This document shows, piece by piece, positions 12,585 to 26,257 of a DNA stretch of 64,000 bases. Location of the stretch: contig CM059432.1 of NCBI GenBank assembly GCA_030390025.1, positions 59,956,001 to 60,020,000 of the forward strand, read 5' to 3'. Position 1 is the stretch's first letter, and each line of letters opens with the position of its first letter. A program made the position numbers and the translations under genes. The notes under the pieces were generated by a model. That model was not told where the DNA came from and did no database searches. It saw only the letters and a list, made by a program, of their open reading frames with translations. Source of the DNA: Squalus acanthias. Taxonomy: Eukaryota.

Positions 12585-13653
12585 AGACCACAGCATCTTT
12601 TTCCAACTCCTCTCCTCCATTGTCTGGTTCAGTGTGACTGCCCTAGCTTATCTAGCCAAACATAGCCAGAGCATCTCCAGCAATGGCTTCTCTTCCTGCC
12701 ACTGCACTGTTACCTCTGGAGTCTCACAAGGATCTATCTTTTGCCTGCTCCTCTTCTACGTGCTGCCTCTTGGCGACATCATGCACAGACATGGGGTCAG
12801 CTTCTAGATGAATGCTGACAAAACTCAATTCTACCTCTCCACCACTTCTCTCGACCCCTCCACTGCTTGTCCCACATCTAGTCTTGGATGAGCTAACCAC
12901 TGGGTAGACTGAAACTATTGTCTTTGGCCCTTGCCACAAATTCTGTACCCTTATCACTGATTCCATCCCCCTCTCAGCCACTGTCTCAGGCTGAACCATA
13001 CTGTTTGCAACCTCAGTCATCTATTTGACTGAACTGATTTTCTGACCCCATATTCTCCATTACAAAGATCGCCTACTTCCACCTCTGTAAGCTTGCCCGT
13101 CTTTGCCCCTACCTCAGCCCATTTGCTTCTGACATCCTCATTCATGCCTTTATCACCTCTAAATTCAACTATTCCAAAGCTGTCCCATTGTAACTCTGCT
13201 GCCCATATCCTATCCTGCACCAAGTCCCATTCATCCATCACTCCTGTCCTTGCTGACCTACATTAGCTCCTGGTTCCCCAATCGCTCAAATTTAAAATTC
13301 TTAACCTTGTGTTTAAATCCCTTTGTAGCCTTGCCTCTCCCTATCTCAGGAATCTACAATACAACCACCCAAATTCTCCATTCCTCGGACTCAAGCCTCT
13401 TGTGCGTCCCCCCTGCTTTTGACCGATCATTGGCTGCCAGCTGCCTGGGCCCACGCTCTGGAATTCGCTCCCTAAACCCCTCTGCCTCTTCACCTCTCTC
13501 TTCTCCTTTATGTACCTCCTTAAATCCCACCTCTTTCAGCAAACCTTTTTTCACCTCTTTTTCTTGGCATCAATTTTTCCTTATGCTGCTGTGAAGTGCC
13601 CTGGGACATTTATTCCACATTAAAGGCACTAGGTAAATGCAATTTGTTGTTGT
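12585..13653 (+). mobile_element. L2-clade LINE 3' fragment (degenerate)
   Basis: SGVSQGS and a ADxTQxY-like motif (gctgacaaaactcaattctac), with an L2-type 3' end taaaggcacta..aaatgca..ttgttgttgtt. Homologous to 31629-32569. Confidence 0.85.
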
Positions 13654-14604
13654 TTTCACTTGTAAGTTTAATCATAACTTGGTTGCAACTTCATCACTAA
13701 TGAGCTACCCAATCCATCTTAAACAATTGTTAGACTTCATGGGAAGGTTTTCAAAATCTTTTATGCATCACGGAACTTTGGTGATTATTTAGTTGCCTGA
13801 AGTCATTCCAGTGATTTCTGCAGCAATACTATCACAAATTTAGAGATAAGTTGGGAGTGAGATTCCAGGTCACAAGAGTGCCATGAACTACAAACTCATT
13901 AAAAACATGGAGCTATGTTTATGACATTCATTGGCAAGTAGGCTCTATTTTTAAATCAAATTGAATGATTTTCACTACCAGTAAACGAATGATATTTGTT
14001 AGGTTTGTACTGCTAGGCTGATAACCTCCAAGCATCTCCGCTGACATTCGTAATCCTGTTGTGGGCACTGTTACTACTGAGCCGCAGCAGTTATTCTGCT
14101 CAGGCTGGATAGTTGATTGACAGCAAATCTAAAGCTTCGGAAGCCTCCTCCAAATTATTGTTCTGGCAAGACAGTGACGGTGACCTAATAACATGACCAC
14201 TACATTCAGCCCTCACAATGCAGGAAGCATGGTCAGTGTGCCCAAAACATGTTAACATAGAATAGAGGTGAATATATTTAATGGACTGGCGAAGGGATGG
14301 TAAATCATTCTGCATTATTCAAGCTTCAGTGGGAGTAGAATTAGGTGCTCCATTGTTTCAGGTCCCCCACTAGCTGAGCAAACAAAACACTAATGACTAG
14401 TTCTATTGTACATTGACAGGAACTGCATGCTACACTGACAAGTTGAACATTGAGGGTGAATAGATGATGAGTGGAGTGTCGGGTACAAAAAGTGACTTGT
14501 GCTGTTTGACACATAATTACATCAGTTTGGATGAATATTCATGTTATTTGTAAATCTTGATTAAATGTAAATTAGTTAGATGTTAAATCATCAACCATTT
14601 TATA

Positions 14605-16128
14605 TTACATAGTATTACATAGGATATACAGCACAGAAACAGGCCATTCGGCCCAACCAGTTCATGCCGGCGTTTATGCTCCACTCGAGCCTCCTCCCGT
14701 CTTTCCTCATCTAAATCTATCAGCATAACCCTCTATTCCCTTCTCCCTCATATGCTTGTCTAGTCTCTCTGTTACCTCTTCAAAGAATTCAATGAGGTTG
14801 GTCAAGCAATACTTTCCCTTTTGAAATCCATGCTGACTGTTCATTATTACATTTTTGGTTTCTAGATGTTCTTCTATTTTTTCCTTTAGTAGAGACTCCA
14901 TTATTTTTCCTACCACCGATGTTAAGCTGACTGGTCGAAAGTTCCCTGGATATGTTCTATCTCCCTTCTTAAATATAGATATTACGTTAGCTATCCACCA
15001 GTCCTCTAGCACTACACTTTTTTCTAACGAATTATGAAAAATGTGTAATAGTGCCTCTGCTATCTCTTCCCTAGATTCTGTTAAAATGCGCAGCTGTAAT
15101 CCGTCTGGACCAGGGGTTTTATCCTCTTTGAGTTTGATTAGTTTACTTAATATTTCTACTCTTTTTATTTTAAATGCGGTTATATCATTTCTAATCTCAT
15201 CTTCCGATGTCATGTCCACCTGATCTGATTCCCTGGTAAATACTGAAGCAAAGTAATTATTTAATATTTCTGCCATTTCACTATCAATGCCTATGATTTT
15301 ATCCTGACCATCCCTTAGTGGCCCTATTCCCATCCCGACTTTCATTTTTTTAGTTATGTGCCTGTAGATAATTTAGTATTTTGTTTTATGTTCCTTGATA
15401 ATTTAATTTCATAGTTCCTCTTTGCCTTCCTAATTGTTTTTTTGACTTCTCTCCTAATCTCTTCGTATTCTCTCTTGTCATGCCCTCCCCTGCTGTCCAT
15501 GTACTTAATGTATGCCTCTTTCCTTACCCTCAATTTTTCCTTATGTCTTTATTCATCCATGGTGTCTCATTAGTGTTTAGCTTGTTCGTGTTTCTTAGTG
15601 GAATATACTTTTCCTGGACTCTGTTGAACAGCCTTTTAAATGTTTCTTATTGCTGTTCTATGTCATTGTTTGCCAATATTGTTGTCCATTTTATTTTCAA
15701 AAGTTCTATTCTCAGCCCCTCAAAATCGGCTTTTCTCCAACCGATTACCCTGGTCTACGTCATACTTGTGTCCTTCTCAATTATTATCTTAAAGCGTATT
15801 ATATTATTGCTATTGCCTTGATGGTCCCCTACTTTTACTTCTCTTATCTGCTCTGGTTCATTCTCCATTATTAGATCCAGTAGCAAATCCTCCCTTGTCA
15901 GGCTTCTTACATATTGGGTTAGAAAGGAGTCCTGTACACATTGTAGGAACTCCATTCCCTTTTCCCCTTTACCTACCTCTTCTGGCCAATTAATTTCGGG
16001 GTAGTTGAAATCTCCCATGATTATTATTCTGTTTTTTACTCATTTCCCTAATTTGTTTGCATATTTCTTCCACCACCTCCCTTCCACTATTAGGTGGTCT
16101 GTAGACTATCCCTATTAGTGTGATTTAG
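14605..16128 (-). mobile_element. CR1 LINE: endonuclease/linker/RT N-part joined directly to a 3' tail
   Basis: MGDFNYPEINW, LLDLIMENEP, KTPGPDG, NFRPVSLTS, QHGFQKGK, then an abrupt switch to a C-terminal/3' UTR segment at 14756-14763. Confidence 0.9.
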
Positions 16129-16483
16129 CTACAGAAAGTCTTTCATTTTACATGGATTTTAAAATAAAACTCCATAAATTATCTCAAATGACAATTCTAC
16201 CAAAGTACTTGAATTACCAGAAAGCACACAGTGTCAAGGCCAGGTGCTGTTTCTATAAATCATGAAGGTGCAGAAAATACCAGATATGTTTTTTTTAAGT
16301 GCAGTGGTCATCAGCTGTGGACTGTTGTTGAAGTAGTGTCAGGTTAATACAATTATTACTTAATCTTGTCTGTAGCTGAAATCCCCAGCACTATAAATGC
16401 AGAAAATATAAACCAAACTAACAACAGAAATATGATGAAGTCGGTACAAGAGGTTATGTAGTTTCCAGAAGCTGCACAATACG

Positions 16484-19400
16484 GCCTCGATATTTACGGG
16501 GAAGTGGGGAGGGTGCAGGGGAGGCCGAACAAGGCCAAAGAACCCAGCAAGGCCGGGGATGCGGTGGTCCTACTGAACTTAACAGCAGGAACTCATTATC
16601 ATTTTTTATTTCGATTCCCGCCCAATGGTCAGAAAAATTGACATCCTGGCTGGCAGCCGGGAGGGAAAATCAGCAGCAGGAGGCCGCAGCCGTGGACCCT
16701 TGGCAATCGGGAGGGGGGAGATCGGACATCGCGGCTGGGGAAGATCAGACATCGCGGTGGGGGGAGATCGGACATCGCGGCGGGGGGAGATCGGACATCG
16801 CGGCTGGGGAAGATCAGACATCGCGGTGGGGGGAGATCGGACATCGCGGCTGGGGAAGATCAGACATCGCGGCGGGGGAAGATCAGACATCGCGGCGGGG
16901 GGAGATCGGACATCGCGGTGGGGGGAGATCGGACATCGCGGCGGGGGGAGATCGGACATCGCGGCTGGGGAAGATCAGACATCGCGGCGGGGGGGAGATC
17001 GGACATCACGGCGGGGGGTGATCGGACATCGGGGCGGGGGAAGATCCAACATCGCGGCGGGGGGAGATCGGACATCGCGGCGGGGGGAGATCGGACATCG
17101 CGGCGGGGGGAGATCGGACATCGGGGCGGGGGAAGATCCAATATCGCGGCGGGGGGAAGATCGGACATCGGGGCGGGGGGAGATCGGACATCGGGGCGGG
17201 GGGAGATCGGACATCGCGGCGGGGGGAGATCGGACATCGGGGCGGGGGAAGATCCAACATCGCGGCGGGGGGAGATCGGACATCGCGGTGGGGGGAGATC
17301 CAACATCGCGGCGGGGGGAGATCGGACATCGCGGCGGGGGAAGATCGGACATCGCGGCGGGGGGAGATCGGACATCGCGGCGGGGGGAGATCGTACATCG
17401 CGGCTGGGGGAAGATCGGACATCGCGGCGGGGGGAGATCGGACATCGGGGCGGGGGAAGATCCAACATTGCGGCGGGGGAAGATCAGACATCGCGGCAGG
17501 GGAAGATCGGACATCGCGGCGGGGGGAGATCGAACATTGCGGCGGGGGAAGATCCGACATCGGGGCGGGGGGAGATCGGACATCGCGGCGGGGGGAGATC
17601 GGACATCGCGGCGGGGGGAGATCGGACATCGCGGCGGGGGGAGATCGGACATCGCGGCTGGGGGAGATCGGACATCGCGGCTGGGGGAGATCGGACATCG
17701 GGGCGGGGGAAGATCGGACATCGCGGCGGGGGGAGATCGGACATCAGGGCGGGGGAAGATCCGACATCGCGGCGGGGGGAGATCGGACATCGGGGCGGGG
17801 GGAGATCGGACATCGCGGCGGGGGGAGATCGGACATCGGGGCGGAGGGAGATCGGACATCGCGGCGGTGGGAGATCGGACATCGGGGCGGAGGGAGATCG
17901 GACATCGCGGTGGGGGGAGATCGGACATCGCGGTGGGGGGAGATCGGACATCGCGGCGGGGGGAGATCGGACATCGCGGTGGGGGGAGATCGGACATCAC
18001 GGCTGGGGGAAGATCGGACATCGCGGTGGGGGGAGATCGGACATCGCGGTGGGGGGAGATCGGACATCGCGGTGGGGGGAGATCGGACATCGGGGCGGGG
18101 GGAGATCGGACATCGTGGTGGGGGGGAGATCGGACATCGGGGCGGGGGGAGATCGGACATCGCAGTGGGGGGAGATCGGACATCGCGGTGGGGGGAGATC
18201 GGACATCGCGGCTGGGGGGAGATCAGACATCGCGGTGGGGGGAGATCGGACATCACGGCTGGGGGAAGATCGGACATCGCGGTGGGGGGAGATCGGACAT
18301 CGCGGTGGGGGGAGATCGGACATCGCGGTGGGGGGAGATCGGACATCGGGGCGGGGGGAGATCGGACATCGTGGTGGGGGGGAGATCGGACATCGGGGCG
18401 GGGGGAGATCGGACATCGCAGTGGGGGGAGATCGGACATCGCGGTGGGGGGAGATCGGACATCGCGGCAGGGGGAGATCGGACATCGTGGTGGGGGGGAG
18501 ATCGGACATCGCGGCAGGGGGAGATCGGACATCGCGGCGGGGGGAGATCGGACATCGCGGTGGGGGGAGATCGGACATCGGGGCGAGGGGAGATCGGACA
18601 TCGGGGCGGGGGGAGATCGGACATCGCGGCTGGGGGGAGATCGGACATCGCGGCGGGGGGAGATCGGACATCGTGGTGGGGGGGAGATCGGACATCGCGG
18701 CGGGGGAGATCGGACATCGCGGCTGGGGGAAGATCGGACATCGCGGTGGGGGGAGATCGGACATCGCGGCGGGGGGAGATCGGACATCGTGGTGGGGGGA
18801 GATCGGACATCGGGGCGGGGGGAGATCGGACATCGGGGCGGGGGGAGATTGGACATCGCGGCTGGGGGGAGATTGGACATCGCGGCTGGGGGGAGATCGG
18901 ACATCGCGGTGGGGGGAGCAGGGGGGTTTCCCGAATGTCCTGCAGTTTTTAACTGCTGGACATCTTAAAAAAAATTTCTGTAGGTTTCTTGCCCGCAGGC
19001 AACCTGATTGACAGCCTGTCAGCAGGAAAGCCTGCAGCACAAGGCCGCAGCTGAGCTGAGAGCAGGTATGTCTAGTGGGGGGATGGGAGAAATCATCGTC
19101 AGGGGGAAGATGGTGGTCAGGGGGAGCAGATGGTGGTTGGGCGGGGTCCAATCGCGGGGGTGGGGGGGGGAGGGAAGAGAGCAGACAGATCGCGGGGGGG
19201 TGTTTACTGGGCAGCCTGTTGGTCCTGGTGGAAGCACTCCTGCTCCTCCTGGCCCACAAGCAGTGTTGTAAAGGCACTGACCTCATGAATTCAGCCCTTC
19301 GCACCTCCTTTCACCTCCTTTCACCTGCCGGATTCCCCGAGGCCAGGGAAACCCAGCTGACTGTGGTTAAAAATAGAATGACTGCTAAAATGAAGGCACG

Positions 19401-19593
19401 CAGCCTCATTAAAATATTTATATGATCAACCTGCCTCCTGCGAGCGGATTGGTGGCCTGCCCCTCGTCCCGCCTCCGTTAAAACTGGAAGTGGGTGGGTT
19501 TGAGGCAGGTTGTGTTCCTGTTTCAGATTTTTAGCTTATTAACCTCCCACCCGAAGCAAACCCACCTGTTTTTTGGGGGTTAAAATTACCCCC
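16484..19593. mobile_element. Harbinger-like non-autonomous element hosting a minisatellite
   Basis: GC-rich arms (16484-16712 and 18919-19593). Ends are ggcctcgatattt ... ttaaaattaccccc, of the same type as other MITE termini in the window. Confidence 0.55.
16713..18918 (+). repeat. Minisatellite, 23-bp unit GGGGGGAGATCGGACATCGCGGC, about 95 copies
   Basis: Directly visible tandem array with period 23 (occasionally 22 or 24). The translated period of 23 aa equals three units. Confidence 0.98.
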
Positions 19594-19812
19594 TAAGAGT
19601 CAGCCCCATAGTGTGGGACTGGAGTCACATGTACGACAGACAGGTTCCTCGCTAAAGGGTATTAGTGATGCAGTTGGGTTTTCACAACATTCCAGCAGCT
19701 TTCATAGCCACGTTCTCCTCGATTTTTTGAATTTAGCTTTACATCTTGCTATGGCAGGGTGTGAACTCATGACCATTAGTTTAAAAGACCAGTACCATAA
19801 CCATGAGGCTAT
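19594..19812 (-). mobile_element. tRNA-headed SINE or 5' end related to the Zenon-like LINE head at 32937
   Basis: The minus strand has tagcctcatggttatgg (A box-like), gagttcacaccc (B box-like) and tgtgactccag...tgactctta, as in 33150-33190. Confidence 0.6.
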
Positions 19813-20329
19813 CATATCTTTGCATGCCTACTGCTGTGAGGGGCAGATGTAAATACAGACCCTGAAGTTCCTGAGACTGGAGCAAGTGAGCATATTGGCA
19901 GCGCAGTGATAGCAGTGGGGTGGATTTTGGGGCAGAACCCAAATCCACCAGGTTTCCACCCTGCATTTGATAGGTTAGAAATTCCTTGCAGAAGTCATAA
20001 ATGACAGTATATTGATGCAATGACATTATCTGTCATAGATTCCATCATTTCCACCTTTCTGGATGCCATCACAAGGTATATTTGTATAAAACGGACAAGT
20101 TTGCCACAACCAACTGATCTAGACAAAGTGGCTTCTTAAGTTACTGAAATTCTAAATTAAAAAAAAATCAGGAATTATTGGTCCAATTTCAATACTTTAT
20201 TTTCTAGAAAAGCTGAAGCCTTTGCTTCCGTCTTTGAGTAGGTGAGGCCTCAAGGGACTTTCGTAGAAACCCTGGGAATCTGTAACATCAGGTTCCCTAC
20301 AGGAATCCCATTATACATGTTGCACCCGT

Positions 20330-21360
20330 TGGAGGTGTCTAGAAGGAGGAGGAGTCATTTAGGGAAGCCCGGCGTATCCGCCAGCATCATAGGAAAATGA
20401 AACCCTCCTGGCACGGCGGATCTATTGGCCCCGCTGCTCCTACAAGAGAATAACCCAGGAGTTGTGCATGGAAAGGCTGCGATTCAGCAGAGAAGCCCTT
20501 GAAGAGCTGTGTCTTATGCTCCAACCAAACCTGCGGCCCATGTCCACTACAAGGACCACACTGACTATGGTCAAAAAAATGACAAATGCCCTTAACTTCT
20601 TTGCAATGGGCACTTTCCAGGGTGTTACAGGGGACTTCTGCAATGCAAGCCAGTTTGCAGTGCACATTTGTATTCGTAAAGTCACTGATGCCCTGTTTAC
20701 CAGGGCAGGCCAGTTTGTCCATTTTGATATGGGTGCTAGACAGCAAAGCTCTAAACTTTGAGAGTGGGTGACTTCCCAAAGGTTCAAGGGGCTATAGATG
20801 GAGCACATGTGACCAACCGACTGTCATAAGTGAAACCTAAGAATTACATAAAAAGAAAGGGATTCCATTCCCTAAATGTGCAGTTCATTTGCAACCACCA
20901 GCACCAGATCCTGCATGTCAATGTATATTTTGCTGGCAGCTGTCAGGAAATGTCCATTCTCAACCATTCCGGTGTGCCAGCTCCTTTCCACTCACAAGGG
21001 CAAGTCGCTGTGTAGTTAACCTTTGTTTCCTTGGCTAATGACACCTTTGTTGGGGACTACCACAACACAGAGGAATGTTACAACAACATGCCAGCACCAA
21101 CATTTGTTTTGAGCAGACAATTGGAATGTTGAAGGGTTGGTTCAGGCGCCTGATGTTGCAAGGAGCTCTGCGGAATGCCCCAGCACCGTCTCTAGGATAG
21201 TGGTTGCATGCTGTGTGCTACACAAAAGGAATTCTTGAGGAGGAAGGCATGCCAACTGAGACACAAGGTGAGGTAGAGGTTCAGGTGCTGGATGAGAATG
21301 ATGCAGAACACCTGGTAATGATGACCAGCAACATCCGCGACAAGCTCATGCTGGAGACTT
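20330..21360 (+). pseudogene. Harbinger transposase pseudogene
   Basis: CMERLRFSREALEELCLML, ALNFFAMGTFQGVTGD, FPKVQGAIDGAHV, KRKGFHSLNVQFICNH and EQTIGMLKGWFR, with frameshifts. Confidence 0.9.
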
Positions 21361-21733
21361 CTCTCCGCTGTACCTCAAAATTCCTTCAGGTCTCCTGCCG
21401 TAACTTACATCAACTCCCTTCCCCTAACCTCTGTGCCCAAGCTTTCCAGTAATTGCTTTCTACCTAACTGGATCATTTTACACGCAAGCCATAATATGCT
21501 ATGAAAAAGGAGCTAATCCACAACCAGCTGCAAGACATTTAGTTACAACTTATTTCACACACTGGGCTTCCATCTCGTGTTTGTGCTTCTTAACCTCTGA
21601 ACTATTTTGGTAGCACTTCTAGGTGTCACCTGAGGTCCAGGGTCTTGAGAGATGGACGGCTATATTCTTCCAGTATGAGCCTCTTCGAACTGATCTTCCC
21701 CTCAGGGCCAGGAATGGGCCCATAGAAGACTGT

Positions 21734-22606
21734 GGGGGAGAAATTCAGTATCGCCCCATTTGGGGCGCAATTATCGGCCGGGCGCAAAGATTAGTGCCTG
21801 GCGCTAATTATCGCCTCCGACTGCAAACTTGACTTTTATCGACCCTGGAGGTGATTGGAGCGCTAAATCAGGTGCTTCACACCTGTCTTAAGGCGCAAAG
21901 GCCGAGGAGTGAGGCGCTACCTCAGAGCGCTGGCGCTGGAACACACATACAATGGCACCGGCCAGTTCTTAAAGGGGAGGGTTGATCTTGCTTTCCATCC
22001 ACATCCTGCTCATTGCAGCCTTGAATCTCGGCCTGGAGAGACCTGCACATCAAATCTGCTGGAAAGAACAATGGATAGGCCCAGGAAAGAGCTCATAGTG
22101 CAGCCCCCACAGTCTCTTCTAAATCGATACAAGGAAGGGCAAATCAAAATGAACCTGCAAAGTGCTGCTCAGTACCCAAAACTCCTTCACACAGCGTTGA
22201 ATCACTCCAGAAGTCTCTCTCTCTCTCTCTCTCTCAGAATGCGTGGTTCAAAAATGTCACCAACAATAAAAGGCAGGAAGCGGTTGCCTTTAAATAGCGC
22301 TCCCCCCAGTCCCTTCCTGACTGCAAAACGCTCCCCTCAACCTGTCGTTGCTAGCGGCAGGCAGTAAGGCAGGGGGCGCCACTCAATATCCGCTCCGGGG
22401 CGCTACCGGGGCGTTGCGCACTCGACTGATGTCACGATCTGCCGGCGCAGGAGATCGTGGCGGTAGTGATTAGCGCCGCCGCAAAATGTCTAGTTAATTT
22501 CGCGAGCAGCGCAAACATCGCCGCGCCCGGGCACGAGTTGCTTTGCGCCCTATTAGCGCCCTCTTAAGGCGCTAATAGGAGGCGCAACCAACTGAATTTT
22601 TCCCCC
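21734..22606. mobile_element. Harbinger deletion-derivative MITE, family A copy 1
   Basis: TIR gggggagaaatt ... aatttttccccc with 3-bp TSD tgt/tgt. Reverse-complement homolog of 28399-29276. Confidence 0.92.
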
Positions 22607-22609
22607 TGT

Positions 22610-23505
22610 GTCTCTAGTCCTGCCACATTGCTGGCACTTGCAAATGCATCTGAGGGCACTGCCTGGAGTGCTGACATGTGCTGCTAGCCTGAGGGACAGC
22701 CGGCAGCATCACTCCTGCCCTTACCATTGATACTGGGTCCTGGTTTGAGCCGCTCACTGATCAGAGGAAGGGCTGACTTAATAGTTGCAGTGAGATCCTG
22801 CAAATGCTGAGAGATGGTGACCCAAAGATCTTGGAAGCTGCTCTTCATTGTTCTCTCTAAATGATCATATAAGGCCTGAAGGGCAGCAGTCATTGGCGTA
22901 AAATTTGGTTATGGTCTGTTTTCAACCGTATAATCAACTGCATGAAGAATGCCAACAGTGGTAAATGTCTCTGATTGGCACGTAAGTGTAATCAATACAA
23001 ATTGTCAATATTCAAAGTATGGAAGGGGATAAGAGTTGGAAGGAGGCAAGGCCATGTGAAGTGGGGCTTGGAAGGCTCAGCATGCATAGGCAACCAGTAA
23101 GGGCAGGTCTATTCTTTAGTGACGTATGGGCGAGGGATGGGACTGTGGACCAGCGGTGCACTCGGTAATTTTATAGGGAAGCAGCTGAACACTGTGAGGG
23201 CAAGGAATGATGCAGTGCCGCAGAGGATCTGACAGAGTATTCATGGTACCTGTCTATCTCATCGCTTACCTTTGTTATCCTCATCAGGCCATTAAATTTC
23301 TTCTTGTTTTGCAGGGCTGTCCTAGAAGTCATGGAGAAGGCACTCACAACCACTGCCACCTCTTCTATATGTCATGAGCAACTGACTGAGCTGATTTCCT
23401 GTCACCCACTCCAAGTAGTGCATTCTTCCTCTGGCGTATCTTGGTCAATACATTAACCTCTGAGAAGTTTACTGCCCTCATTTGCCACCTGGCCTAGTCA
23501 CCATT
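22610..23505 (-). pseudogene. Harbinger Myb/SANT-like (ORF1) gene remnant
   Basis: The minus strand gives RAVNFSE...VSAFSMTSRTALQNKKKFNGLMRITK followed by the donor gtaagc at 23269, the same intron position as 42724. It is convergent with the transposase at 20330. Confidence 0.7.
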
Positions 23506-25018
23506 TCTAAAATACCATCAATGTCATGTGTCAAATGAAAAGCAACTTTGAACCATAGTTGGACTATCACTGAGTCTGTGCCAAAGTTAGTGCTAGCACT
23601 TAGAAAGCAAAATATAAAGCACATTATGATTTGAGTGAGTGTGTGTGCGTATGTATGTTAGGAATAGTTGTTACTAAGATTGTGCGATTAAGAGCAGTGT
23701 GCTTGCAGTATATCATTCTACTGACTTACTGATACCAGAAGGTCATGCTAAGGTACGTAAATCTATTACTTTGTTCTACTAACTTATTGTCACTGTTCTT
23801 TCCTCACAGCCTGTAACTTATGATCCTCTCCCTCCATGGAAAGAAGGCAAGCAGGCAGAAAACTTGCTGTGCTTTCCCTACTCTTTGGGCAGACTCTGTG
23901 CAGACAGCACAGTTCAGGAGAGCAAAATGAACACTTTCAGTTTTTTTCCCCCCCGTGAAATGAGACACTCTTCATGATTAAAAAAGCTCATTACACATAT
24001 GGTTAATGTACTGGATTGTTAGTCTTCTAAAGATTCCATGTCCACAGCAGCGTGAAGTGAGAACCATAAATACTATGCTTCCAGACTAACCCAGCTGAAA
24101 ATGCATTATACAGTTGTTCACTACTATTTAGCCAAACTTATGGCTGTCAGAAATAGTAAATTACTGAAGTTGTTGATTCAACATGTTGTTTGAAAACTGA
24201 TTATTTGGCCTATAAGAAAATAAACTTAGGGGAACTGCGTAATTTTAAGCTGATAGGACATTTGCATTGGCTGGCTGCTGAAGAATCTGTGCAGTGCTGC
24301 TCCTCACTGCTTTCATGCAAATTTTCCTGGGTTATTAGGCACACATCTGGGCATTCTGCACATACGTGCCTGAATGCTCAACTATGGGGAATCAGAGTAG
24401 GCTACTTTAATTGTTGCCGATTAGTCGACTGCTCAGATATTTGCTGATAACAATAGCCCTCGTAATTTACAGTTGGCTCCCATTACTTGTCACAACATCA
24501 AAATGTTTTCTGCTGAAGCACTGAAAATAATGGGGTTCAAAGAGTGGAGCAAAGGAAAGATTACTCACTTTCATGTGGTCTGTTCATCCATAGGCAAATA
24601 TGCCATTGTAAAAATGTAATAACTAAAGTATTACAAAAATGAAGCAACTACACATTATTTTCGTAAGTTTCCATATCAGACATGCTGGAGGCAATTTTGA
24701 CTTTGGGTGATAAACTGACAATATCGATTCAGCCGCCCATCTCTCCCGAATTTAATTTTCATTGAAGGCAGTTGAATCATTATCACCCATGTTACACTAT
24801 TACCCAAAATTACCCCCACTGTTACCAATATATTACTGCATTCTACGACCAGTTTTACTATAGTATGAGCCAAATGATATTGAAAACCTTTAGATCCAAT
24901 GCCTATCAACAGTAAGTGACCAACTATGTGATTTATTAACTTGGTTCCCAATGGCTGATAAACAGTGGTCTCAAAGAGCAGCAAATCAAGCAGTTATAGT
25001 ATTAAATATAAACACTAT

Positions 25019-25650
25019 GGGGTTACTGCCTTTGCCTGGCGTTAATGGGGAGTTTAGACAGTGAAAATAGTGGTGCAGTATTTACAACCCTGATCGCGCC
25101 TCCATCTGCCACCATTTTAATTGGCAGAAGGACCCGAGCAGCAGGGTCCGCCTGTATCAAGCGGCAACACAATTTAAATATTAAAATAGTGGGTCTATCA
25201 TGCAGATAGAACCCCACTGCAAATTTCACAGGAAAAATCGGGGCAGCCACTCAATGAAGGACACGTTCAGGAAAGTGGGCAGCAGAGGAATTAAACCAAG
25301 GATATTTAAAAGGACACTGAAGTTTTCTGCATCACTGAGGAGATGTCTAAGTAAGCACTGATTGTTGCAGAGCTGTAAATTCGGAGAGAATTTTTTGTCT
25401 TGTGTTTCTGAGTGTTTTGAAACAACTGAGTCCTCTTGCGCCTGGGAGTAGTTTTGGCAATTCCTATTTGGGTGGTGGAGGCGGAAGAGGAACATGAGCA
25501 ACGAGTCAGAGAGGGGAAATGTGCAGGGGAGGCTGCTGCAAGAATGGCAAGGATCGGAAGCGGGTTGACGAGGGTGCCAATATCCACGCAACAGGGTATA
25601 CAGAAACCACATAACATACCTCCATTTCACAGAGGAACAATGTGTTAGGA
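25019..25650 (+). mobile_element. Harbinger left end with start of transposase, truncated
   Basis: TATA-like tatttaaaagg, then GVVLAIPI..EAEEEHEQR and agggtatacag..tacctccatttcacagaggaacaatgtgttagg (RVYR..YLHFTEEQCVR). Confidence 0.6.
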
Positions 25651-26257
25651 ATGCAACTGAATTCCGGGGTTCTGATAATGTGCAAAAACAATTGAGTTTC
25701 TCTCTTGCAATTTATAAAGTCATCAGTATCTCTTGATCCAATTACTGCCTTGTATATCCATGCAAGATATCTATTATTCTATATGTACAGATCATTTTAC
25801 TTTGGCTGTATCACATCAGGATGTCATAGGTAAGCACCCCTTACACCCCAGTCACAAACCTGTACAATTGAATAAGGAATACATAATTCTTCAAGGTGAT
25901 TTCTGTCAGAGTACAATCACTGAAAGCAGGATACATATTTAGAAATGATGTTAGGCAATAAGCCGTGATAAGTAGCACTACCTTTTGTTAACCTAATAAT
26001 TACCCTATTTTTCTTCATTTTCTCAGTCAGTGTACATGGGGCCCTATGTTCAAATGAAACATCATTTACAGAGGTTTTCTTCCGTTATGTCCCCTGTGTT
26101 TCCTAAAGGTTTTTCTTTTAACAGGAGCTTTGATTTATGTAAGTGAATAGAACAAAAACTTTCAAGGTGGAATCCTTGCCAAGGTTCTACGCTATAGGCT
26201 ATTTTAAAAACATCAGGAATTGCATCAATTTTAATTTGTTAAAAACAGAAAAATATT

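Noticed and set aside
16713..18918. CRISPR array
   Set aside because: Head-to-tail units without unique spacers, no cas genes, and a eukaryotic context.
16625..19304. Long ORFs (775, 697, 435 and 402 aa) as real genes
   Set aside because: They are by-products of a stop-free 23-bp tandem unit and are open on both strands in several frames.
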